A stretch of DNA of 63,982 nucleotides from a virus. The notes under the pieces are model-generated. The model had not been told where the DNA came from, ran no database searches, and saw nothing but the letters and a program-made list of their open reading frames with translations. Each line of letters begins with the position of its first letter. Positions within the stretch are counted from its first letter, which is position 1. Where the stretch lies: positions 1-63,982 of the IMG/VR virus record IMGVR_UViG_3300027573_000001; one strand, 5' to 3'. The position numbers and the translations under genes were made by a program. Of this stretch, positions 45,160 to 52,444 are shown one piece after another.

Positions 45160-45300
45160 TCAAGCCTTACCGTATCGCTTTGCGATCCACTGATAGAACG
45201 CTACGTAAACGTTTATGTCACTAGGGTCTGTAGCGTAAAGCAAAGCGATTGCCATAAAGACAATCGCGGGCAGAACCAAGTAACCCAACACAACTTCCAT
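45160..45300 (-). CDS. Small single-TM protein
   Basis: AGGAG SD before MEVVLGYLVLPAIVFMAIALLY. Confidence 0.45.
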   Translation of the reverse strand: MEVVLGYLVLPAIVFMAIALLYATDPSDINVYVAFYQWIAKRYGKA

Positions 45301-45663
45301 GATCGTCACTCCTGGTCGGCATACGTGCCGCACTAACCCACTAGCTTTCACTAGTGGGCTAGGTCAGACGTAGTACCATAGCGTGCCGCTCATAACGGCC
45401 ACGCATAAGAGAGTAAAGAGCTAATGAGACGTATTGCTGACTATGTACGCTACCGTCACTTACCCGATTCATCCCTACGTAACTGCCTACACTGTCACCA
45501 ATTCGAGGCGTTCACTTCCGCCGTACCGATGGCCGCTAGCAGTGTTCCGAGTCTACTGTCGTTCGTTCTGTGAACGTAGGGTGTAAGGCTAGACGCCCGC
45601 GCTGCACGGATGTTTTACGCTCGCCCCCTGGTGGGGCTTGCAACCGTGTCACCAGTTTTATGC

Positions 45664-45775
45664 GTTGAGAGTGGAGATTACTCCGCCGTTCTTACTAGTG
45701 GCGTTTCCGTCCTACCAGACCGTTGTACGCTAACGGACCAACGTGTGTCGGTAGACTACTGTCGCCACTCTCAAC
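45664..45775. other. 112-nt closed multi-hairpin element (candidate structured RNA) in the GC-rich non-coding stretch
   Basis: 11-bp perfect closing pair GTTGAGAGTGG (45664-45674) / CCACTCTCAAC (45765-45775) with internal CCGTT..AACGG and CGCC..GGCG hairpins. Confidence 0.35.
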
Positions 45776-46202
45776 TTGTAAATGTGCCCGCCCGTGCTTC
45801 AAGTCACAGTATGCTCCTTTCCTGGTCGGCCTACAATAGATATGTGCGCCCAAAAGCCTCATAACGAGCGCACTATGTATCCTATAATTCAAGTATGCTC
45901 ATAACCCTACGCTTTGTGCAGTCGAACGGCGAGCTAATGATACAGCGTATCAATAAACACTACATGACAATACTGTCAGGCAAATACACTTTACATCGTG
46001 TCATTTTGGCTATTTAGGGATATCGTTTATCTCAATTAGGGTAGTGTCTCCGCATGGTTTGACACGTATTGTCGCTGTACGGGCCTACAAACGCCATTTT
46101 CAGGGTGTACAATTTGAGCTAAACAAGTTTAGTACACTAGATCGGAGTTTTGAGCTAAAATGTAAAGAAATAACTAATAAAACGTTTTACCTCGAATAAC
46201 TA

Positions 46203-46214
46203 GAACATTTGTTC
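46203..46214. promoter_or_regulatory. GAAC-N4-GTTC box (Gram-positive-type LexA/Cheo-box-like), arms extend to TAGAAC/GTTCTA
   Basis: GAACATTTGTTC read directly. Confidence 0.5.
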
Positions 46215-46232
46215 TACGGCGACCGATAGCTA

Positions 46233-46279
46233 GGGATATTTACTCTACAGTAGTTTTATTCTAAGGGTATTTACTATAC
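46233..46279 (+). repeat. Iteron pair GGGATATTTACTCTAC / GGGTATTTACTATAC
   Basis: Read directly; same motif at 46515, 46561, 50074 and 50114. Confidence 0.8.
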
Positions 46280-46324
46280 GCTAGTTTTATTATTCCTTTA
46301 CATTAGCAAATATGTATCACGGAA

Positions 46325-46375
46325 TCTCGGCTGCGCGAGCTACCCTGTGCAAATCGCAAACTTGCGATATGAGAT
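46325..46375 (-). repeat. Dispersed motif copy G (core CCCTGTGCAA 46343-46352) abutting the palindrome ATCGCAAACTTGCGAT (46353-46368)
   Basis: Read directly. Confidence 0.75.
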
Positions 46376-46514
46376 CGCAATAATGCTAATTTTGAGATAA
46401 AACGTTTTATGCCGAAATTTGAGATAAAACCTTTTTGTAGAACATATGTGCTCCGCGGCAAGTGTAGCAAATTTGCACTCTCATATCTAACTTTTAGACT
46501 AGAACATATGTTTG

Positions 46515-46600
46515 GGGATATTTACTATACGTTAGTTTTATTATTTTACTAAAATGCTGGGGGATATTTACTATACGTTAGTTTTATTATTTTACTAAAA
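46515..46600 (+). repeat. 46-bp tandem duplication carrying iterons GGGATATTTACTATAC (46515-46530, 46561-46576)
   Basis: GGGGATATTTACTATACGTTAGTTTTATTATTTTACTAAAAT occurs twice. Confidence 0.9.
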
Positions 46601-46646
46601 TTGTCGAGTTTGCCGATCTAATAACTAGACAATTCCTCCCGCGGTA

Positions 46647-46658
46647 GAACAAATGTTC
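46647..46658. promoter_or_regulatory. GAAC-N4-GTTC box (LexA-like)
   Basis: GAACAAATGTTC read directly. Imperfect copies at 46440-46451 and 46502-46513. Confidence 0.5.
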
Positions 46659-46814
46659 TGTTAGTATGGGCTAACAAAAAAGGCTAGCACATGCTAAGGC
46701 TTATCCTTAGTACGTACTAACCTTTTTCATTAGCCTATACTTTCATCTCAAATTAGCTTATGCTCATACACGCCGTTAGCGTAGGCTAACCTATTTTTTA
46801 GGGTCCAACTCAAA

Positions 46815-46935
46815 AAAGGTACGATGGGTAAAATTCAGTCGAAATATTTTAAACTAGAAATTCAAAATTTGTAAAACCAAATTGAAATTCAAAATGGGTT
46901 TACAAATTGGAATTATTAACATTTTGGAATTCTGA
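46815..46935 (+). repeat. AT-rich block, paralog of 50688-50800
   Basis: Shared AAAAAGGTACGATGGGTAAA.TTC....GAAATATTTTAAACT.GAAA...AAAATG..TTTACAAATTG.AA. Confidence 0.8.
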
Positions 46936-46942
46936 TTTATAT

Positions 46943-47446
46943 TTATTCTTCCAAGTTTTTGACTGGTTCTAGTTTGCAAACATATCGAATATTGTTTGGT
47001 AAACTTAGAATAAAGGAGTGTGCGAGGTATTCACAATTAATCTTCTTCATTCCTATATCATACGGATCGAATGGTGGACACTCTCCCTTTGCATGAACTA
47101 TACAGGAATCGTAGTTACCATATATACTAACTCCTTCCAATGCTCGGTCATCAAAGCGTTGCCTGCTTTTCCGTACACTATCCATAATGGCACGTACTAG
47201 AGTACCCTGCCGTGGTATGCCACTGTTAGGTACGCCGAATGTACGTTGAGTATCAATATACTCATTTACTGCATTAGTAATCAGGATAGCTTCTTTTTCT
47301 TCTAATACAGTAGTTACTAGTACACCCTCCGCATTAAAGATACCATATTCCTTTTCTTCATGCAGATCATATGTATCTAACTTGTACGTCCAGTGTCGGT
47401 CAACGGCTTGTAACTTCTGACGGTTAGCGTTACTTTTACTTGCCAC
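46943..47446 (-). CDS. Hypothetical protein
   Basis: GTG start with GGAG SD. Confidence 0.55.
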   Translation of the reverse strand: MASKSNANRQKLQAVDRHWTYKLDTYDLHEEKEYGIFNAEGVLVTTVLEEKEAILITNAVNEYIDTQRTFGVPNSGIPRQGTLVRAIMDSVRKSRQRFDDRALEGVSIYGNYDSCIVHAKGECPPFDPYDIGMKKINCEYLAHSFILSLPNNIRYVCKLEPVKNLEE

Positions 47447-47448
47447 TA

Positions 47449-47775
47449 TTACTCTCCGATTCTACACGCTTTGCACAGTAGGTCGCTTGCTATATTCAGT
47501 CGCTTTAGATCGGCATACTCGTCATTCCTTCCACAGTAAGCACAGCCGTTTTCCTTGTCTTGCACTCGCTGTAAGTGCTTACAAATATCAGGGTTAGCAC
47601 TACTCTTCTTTACTGCCCAGGGACAGGTACAGTACCATACACCATTCTTAGCTAATAGCACACTATAGCTACTACCCTTAGCTACATTGTATACTCGGTA
47701 TTCTGTCTCGCTTACCTTGTGCGCCTGTAGCCTTTCAGCTACAGCGCGCACACGGTTTAGCTTACTATCTGCCAT
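47449..47775 (-). CDS. SWIM-type zinc-finger protein
   Basis: YCTCPWAVKKSSANPDICKHL (CxC..CxH). Confidence 0.6.
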   Translation of the reverse strand: MADSKLNRVRAVAERLQAHKVSETEYRVYNVAKGSSYSVLLAKNGVWYCTCPWAVKKSSANPDICKHLQRVQDKENGCAYCGRNDEYADLKRLNIASDLLCKACRIGE

Positions 47776-47953
47776 TCTTCCTTACCTCATTGTAGCATGT
47801 AAAGTGATAATAGTTTGCACTAATCTGCATCATTACAATAGTTTGTACTTCTACTGCATGTGTGCCGACAGGGTTTTGGCAGTAATCACAATATGTACGC
47901 ATGAATTTATGTGGTAGAGCTACACCGCGAGTCTTAGTGTACATTATCTCCAC
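47765..47953 (-). CDS. Hypothetical small Cys/His-containing protein
   Basis: ORF track; overlaps the next gene's start. Confidence 0.45.
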   Translation of the reverse strand: MEIMYTKTRGVALPHKFMRTYCDYCQNPVGTHAVEVQTIVMMQISANYYHFTCYNEVRKNGR

Positions 47954-48037
47954 TCTAGTTTAGTGTAGGGTATTGGTCACTAGGAGTACCGCTGCTTTAT
48001 GTGCTGTATCCTTACGGTATACAGTATCCTACATTGG

Positions 48038-48271
48038 TTAGCTAACTACTTCTAGCTTATTTATCGCGCTATCAATCGCTCGCAATACTACATCATAGCT
48101 ACGCTCGATCTTGGCACGCTTAGTGATATCCTTTTCCTTTTGGCTAGTTAGCTTCTTTTCTGCTCCCTTGATACGCTTTTGATTATCTAGTGCTCCGAGA
48201 ATCGCAAGCCGTTCATACTCCGTTAGCATGTACTGTGTAACGCTTGATTTTATCTTAGTCCTGGTAGCCAC
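48038..48271 (-). CDS. Hypothetical helical protein
   Basis: ORF track. Confidence 0.5.
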   Translation of the reverse strand: MATRTKIKSSVTQYMLTEYERLAILGALDNQKRIKGAEKKLTSQKEKDITKRAKIERSYDVVLRAIDSAINKLEVVS

Positions 48272-48494
48272 TGTATGATACCTCCTGTACTCTTACTGTA
48301 CCATATATGCCGTTTGCTGTCTGTTCCCTAGAGCACACTTGATCGAACTTACGAATATTCTTCCTATGGCCTAGATAAATATATCCGTGGTACCTACCTT
48401 TACACTGACACTGACATACATCGTTAGTAGCATACTGACATCGACCATCGCACAGCGGATATTGTTTGATATACTTAACCTGAGACTGTGCCAC
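48255..48494 (-). CDS. Cys-rich hypothetical protein
   Basis: TAGGAGG SD; CDGRCQY...CQCQCKGRYH. Confidence 0.55.
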   Translation of the reverse strand: MAQSQVKYIKQYPLCDGRCQYATNDVCQCQCKGRYHGYIYLGHRKNIRKFDQVCSREQTANGIYGTVRVQEVSYSGYQD

Positions 48495-48628
48495 CGAATA
48501 ACCTCCTAGTCTCTATACTAGATTTAGTTCGGTAGGCAAGCTAGGCGGTGAACCTAGTACACACTCTCTCTTGCCTTATGGCAGCTAACGTAAACTCTAC
48601 CTTATGCGCGTTAGCCTTTACTGTAGAG

Positions 48629-48856
48629 TTAGCCCATCTTAGTACGTTTCTTAGCATAACTCTCCGCACACTTCCAAGAGCAAAGATGTCTAGGCTGGTT
48701 TGTATCGTGGTACACTACTAGTCCACTAATTAACACTCCTTCCTCATTAAATGTAATGTAGTTACTGCACGGTCGTCTAGTTCGTGCATTATTCTCACAA
48801 AATGTCTGCTTTGTACCGTTAGATCGTGGAAGATACATACTTAGGTTATGCTTCAT
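48629..48856 (-). CDS. Hypothetical protein
   Basis: GAGGA SD. Confidence 0.5.
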   Translation of the reverse strand: MKHNLSMYLPRSNGTKQTFCENNARTRRPCSNYITFNEEGVLISGLVVYHDTNQPRHLCSWKCAESYAKKRTKMG

Positions 48857-49312
48857 TTTATCCTCAGATAAATTAGACGCCTCATGTACCAGTAGCTAGC
48901 ATACTAGTACAATCCATTTACTACATACTCGTCGCGTCCTAGTTTCGCGAGATATATGTGGCGTCCCATTGTTATGTCTTTTGTGCCATGAGTGTATGGT
49001 TTCCCTAAGATATATGTTTATTTGTGTCCAGTAGTAGGCTAACGGTTCTATAAATCGCCCGACTCATCTACTACTGTATAAGCCTTACGGCTAAGGTTTA
49101 CCTAATGCGTTGACACGCATTGTCTATCCTCCTGTTACGGAATACGGTACCCTGCATCGGTCATGAACCGTCGGCATCTTATGCGTGCAGGGTTACTATT
49201 GATAGCTAGTAGCGTTAGCACTGCGTTAGCAGGCTTAATAGCCTTGTGTATGTACTAAGTAGCATAGCTATAGTTAGCAGTGATTAGCTTAGTTAGCCTT
49301 GTGTGTTGATTA

Positions 49313-49350
49313 GTGAGAGTGTAGACTGCCGTTGCTTCCTACACTCTCAC
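49313..49350. other. 12-bp perfect hairpin (GTGAGAGTGTAG..CTACACTCTCAC) about 40 nt past the RHH gene stop
   Basis: Read directly; no clear U-tract, so terminator status is uncertain. Confidence 0.4.
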
Positions 49351-49391
49351 TATAGCACGTTTTACGCGCTGTGTCTGTTCTCTAGGTTACA

Positions 49392-49820
49392 TTACTCGTC
49401 GTCGTCATCCTCATCATCGACCAGGGATGCAAGGTCGATGTTACCCTCATTGTAAGCCTTAAGAAGAGACTTAATCAACTCGTTACGCTTCTTGCTAGCG
49501 GCCTTTTGTGCGGCCTGCCGTTCCTCGTCAGTGGCGTATTTCTTAGCACGCTGACGGATAACATTAGGCAACTCAACATCGAACGTATCTGCAAGCGTCT
49601 CGCGGACGAAACGCGCAAGGGTCATATTCTCGCCACTCTTAGCTGCCTCATCGAGAAGCTTAATCTTCAACTCAACAGGCATCGTCACCATAACACTAAC
49701 GCGCGTTCCTGGTGCCAACTCGGTAAGCGCCGCTCGTTCGTCCTTATCCTTTTCGTCGTCGTCGTTATCGGCGCCGTTTGCGTTCTGTGTCTGTTCGACA
49801 TCCTTAGCACTGGTAGCCAT
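49392..49820 (-). CDS. Ribbon-helix-helix protein with acidic tails
   Basis: VSVMVTMPVELKIKLLDEAAKSGENMTLARFVRETLA. Start set to MATSAKD (AGGA SD) because the ORF-track start overlaps the promoter. Confidence 0.6.
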   Translation of the reverse strand: MATSAKDVEQTQNANGADNDDDEKDKDERAALTELAPGTRVSVMVTMPVELKIKLLDEAAKSGENMTLARFVRETLADTFDVELPNVIRQRAKKYATDEERQAAQKAASKKRNELIKSLLKAYNEGNIDLASLVDDEDDDDE

Positions 49821-49877
49821 CGTTCCTATTCCTTGTGACCGCGCTTCTGTGAGCGCCGCGCCATTCCTTACACTCTT

Positions 49878-49906
49878 AATGTACCACACCCTATAGGCTG
49901 TGTCAA
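49878..49906 (-). promoter_or_regulatory. Sigma70-type promoter TTGACA-17-TACATT
   Basis: Reverse complement of 49878-49906 reads TTGACAcagcctatagggtgtggTACATT. Confidence 0.55.
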
Positions 49907-50073
49907 TAGGTTTTCAGCGGATTTCGGACCAATTTTAGAAACTCGTTTGATCGTAGTATGATCCGTCTGGAACTAGAACAAGTGTTTCACTTGACAAGCC
50001 CATTATGAGTATGGTATTCGCGCGCACGCGCGCAGCTAACTAGAATAGCAGGAGAGTCCGAACGGCGGTTGGA

Positions 50074-50151
50074 GGGATATTTACTGTACAAGAGTCAAAT
50101 ACCTGGCCTACTGGGGATATTTACTATACATGAGTCAAATACCCTCCTACG
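50074..50151 (+). repeat. Iteron pair GGGATATTTACT(G/A)TACA.GAGTCAAATACC, 40-bp period; each unit is an imperfect palindrome
   Basis: Read directly. Confidence 0.8.
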
Positions 50152-50687
50152 CTCTTGTTAGCCTACGCTAACTACTTGCATTAGTACGTGCTTATAGCTT
50201 GCATTAGCATACTCGCATGGGTTGCATTAGCCCGTGTGTTTCTGGTATAGTGTCATTAATGTAGTAGTGCAACGCTTTGATTGAATACATAACAGATATG
50301 CTAATGAATACGTACCGCTATAGTCTTGATAATACATACAAGGATTACAAGTGTAGTACACTCGCATATTGCAAGTGTAGTACGCTTGACGGTGCGTCGC
50401 GATTAGTATTAGCTAACGCTACATACAATAATTACATGCGCTACAGGGTAGTACGCTCTCACTAGCGGAGTGATGGTGTACTGCCTAATTTTATTTGTTC
50501 GGGTGTACTAATGTAGTTAGTTTGTATGAATTAGTATAGTTAGTATGTACTCACTAAAGCACTAAGCATGGGAGGTTAGCATGGGCTAAGGTAATGGGTT
50601 AGCCCATGCTCAGGTCCAGGGTGAGCATAGGCTCATTCGATCGGCGAGGGGATGCTAAGGTGTTTTGAATTCTAAGTACAACGTAAA

Positions 50688-50800
50688 AAGAGTACGATGG
50701 GTAAATTCCAACTGAAATATTTTAAACTGAAAATGTAAAATTGTGAAAATGAAAACAAAAACCAAAATGCATTTACAAATTGAAAATGTTAACAAAACGG
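50688..50800 (+). repeat. AT-rich block, paralog of 46815-46935
   Basis: See 46815-46935. Confidence 0.8.
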
Positions 50801-50804
50801 ATTT

Positions 50805-50850
50805 GCCGCTACGCGCTACAACTACCCTGTGCAACGGCGAACAAATGTTC
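50805..50850 (-). repeat. Dispersed motif copy H (core CCCTGTGCAA 50825-50834; CGCTACGCG 50807-50815) fused to the LexA-like box CGAACAAATGTTCT (50838-50849 core)
   Basis: Read directly. Confidence 0.75.
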
Positions 50851-50875
50851 TTATTCTCCAAAAAATAATACATAC

Positions 50876-50904
50876 TTGTTTTTTTCATATAAGTATGGTA
50901 CTAT
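50876..50904 (+). promoter_or_regulatory. Sigma70-type promoter TTGTTT-17-TACTAT (TGg extension)
   Basis: Read directly; AGGAG SD and ATG 50927 follow. Confidence 0.55.
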
Positions 50905-50926
50905 GATATAGACAGGAGATCGCGAG

Positions 50927-51169
50927 ATGCCCACTGTAAAGATAGTAAAAAACAAATCAATTACAGATATATTAACTGACCAGGATATCTCAGCGTTGGA
51001 AGTAAATGTCCTAGTAGCACTAAAGAAAGGCGGTAGCGAACTACAAGTAATAGACCTGATTGATAGCGTGCGTAAGCACAATGCAATGTCATATAAGTTT
51101 GTAGACGACCGTCGTTTTTATCATGCAATAGCTAGACTAGTTAAGCGTAAGTATCTAACGTATGGGTGA
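50927..51169 (+). CDS. Winged-helix-like DNA-binding protein (putative)
   Basis: LEVNVLVALKKGGSELQVIDLIDSV...YHAIARLVKRKYLTY pattern. Confidence 0.5.
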   Translation: MPTVKIVKNKSITDILTDQDISALEVNVLVALKKGGSELQVIDLIDSVRKHNAMSYKFVDDRRFYHAIARLVKRKYLTYG

Positions 51170-51174
51170 GGGAA

Positions 51175-51537
51175 ATGGCACGTAAGAATAGTAGCCGCAA
51201 GATGCCTAACAGGCCACGGTACCTGCCTCTTATTGGTGATCCTAGTCCACTACCGCCAGTACAAGATACAACTACTAGTGACGATATTGCACGTCAAATG
51301 CTGCATGAGGAAAAAGTTAACGGCTTTAGTATTGACGATCAATTGGCAAACATGGATGAAAGAGAACTATTTAATATTGGTCTACTGCTAGGTATCAAAG
51401 CAACAGATATGCTTGGAGTTGATAAGTGTATTGAACATAGAGGAATGAAGGAATATATTGGTGTAGTTAGTAGTGTACGATACTCATTGGATATTGTATG
51501 GTGCCGTGGTTGTTTTGTTTCGTATAGGTGGCCTTAA
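51175..51537 (+). CDS. Hypothetical protein
   Basis: ORF track (51166 GTG); ATG 51175 preferred. Confidence 0.5.
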   Translation: MARKNSSRKMPNRPRYLPLIGDPSPLPPVQDTTTSDDIARQMLHEEKVNGFSIDDQLANMDERELFNIGLLLGIKATDMLGVDKCIEHRGMKEYIGVVSSVRYSLDIVWCRGCFVSYRWP

Positions 51538-51546
51538 GCACTGAAC

Positions 51547-51738
51547 ATGGGTATAGCTTCTCGACTATTCAAAACTTATTGTGTAAGGTGTGAGAGGCGT
51601 ACTCAGCACACTTTAATTAATACTGTAACAGAAGCAAGTGTTGAATGTAAAGAGTGCTACCGTAAAATATATGCATATATTACATGGGGAGATAGTGAGA
51701 GTGCCGAAGGCCAAGAAAACGAGAACGGTAAAAATTAA
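51547..51738 (+). CDS. Zinc-ribbon protein
   Basis: CVRCERR...CKECYRK. Confidence 0.5.
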   Translation: MGIASRLFKTYCVRCERRTQHTLINTVTEASVECKECYRKIYAYITWGDSESAEGQENENGKN

Positions 51739-51898
51739 TCGCACTTATACTTTAACTTCTATTAATAGTCCAGGAATGGACGAAGAACTGGATATCATAG
51801 AAAAATACTTAACTCGTACTTGCCTAGACGAAGTAGCAATTAGACAGTTTGCAAAAATATTCAACGCTAATATATCTATTGAGATACATAATGAGTAA
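51638..51898 (+). CDS. Hypothetical protein (true start possibly GTG 51701)
   Basis: ORF track; overlaps the previous ORF. Confidence 0.4.
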   Translation: MLNVKSATVKYMHILHGEIVRVPKAKKTRTVKINRTYTLTSINSPGMDEELDIIEKYLTRTCLDEVAIRQFAKIFNANISIEIHNE

Positions 51899-52418
51899 AT
51901 GGGGACAGGCTGAACCAGAGAGAACAAATTGTAGTATATGTACTTATAACTTTATTACTATAGGTTATCTACCGTGTGAATCTTGTAAGCAATATGTATG
52001 TGAAGCATGTTTCCAGTTTAGGAAGCAATGTTGTAGCGACATGACAATGATTGATGCACGTACACTTAAGCGTAGAGTACCTGATATGTTTGTTGAAAAG
52101 ACGATTGATAGTAAACCTACACAAAATCCTCACTTGCATACAATACAGTGCCAGAGTATTAGATGTATGTATCGTAGTACCTTTGGCAAGTACCCTAATC
52201 CAAGTATAATAAATAGAGAGTATAAGTTTTGCCCTATGTGTGGTTCTGACGCTATAGTAACAGAGTACAATACTGAGGAATACTGGAAGCTACTAGCAAA
52301 GAAGTATAATATACCTGCTAATATACTTAAGAGCCTCTATGATATATGGGATCGTAAAGAATACGAGCGGTTCCAAGACTTTGTAGCTGCGTTCACAAAA
52401 GAGGCTTTGGCAACATAG
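51891..52418 (+). CDS. Multi-Cys zinc-finger protein
   Basis: CSICTY...CESCKQYVCEAC...CPMCG; ATG overlaps the upstream stop region. Confidence 0.55.
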   Translation: MSKWGQAEPERTNCSICTYNFITIGYLPCESCKQYVCEACFQFRKQCCSDMTMIDARTLKRRVPDMFVEKTIDSKPTQNPHLHTIQCQSIRCMYRSTFGKYPNPSIINREYKFCPMCGSDAIVTEYNTEEYWKLLAKKYNIPANILKSLYDIWDRKEYERFQDFVAAFTKEALAT

Positions 52419-52444
52419 GATGACTAGTATGGAGTATATTTTAA

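Noticed and set aside
45610-45892. ORFs 45610..45864 (plus) and 45695..45892 (minus) in the GC-rich non-coding stretch
   Set aside because: They have no SD and mutually overlap on opposite strands. Their Arg/Ser-rich translations are typical of random GC-rich sequence. The region is treated as non-coding or structured instead.
46233-46600. Considered whether the repeated units (46-bp tandem, iterons) or the 60-bp array at 27310-29050 are CRISPR arrays
   Set aside because: There are only 2 adjacent units at 46515-46600, with no unique spacers of constant length. The 60-bp array is contiguous with no spacers and is in-frame coding sequence. No cas genes are present; the Cas4-like nuclease is a common phage recombination nuclease.
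45352-46942. Considered a retron or DGR (structured ncRNA with flanking inverted repeats)
   Set aside because: No reverse transcriptase-like ORF (no YxDD-type motif) exists anywhere in the window, and there is no template/variable repeat pair.
50655-51081. Minus-strand ORFs 50655..50888 and 50851..51081
   Set aside because: They fall in the AT-rich regulatory block and across the plus-strand promoter and start of the wHTH gene. The translations are low-complexity Phe/Ile/Lys-rich, and there is no SD.
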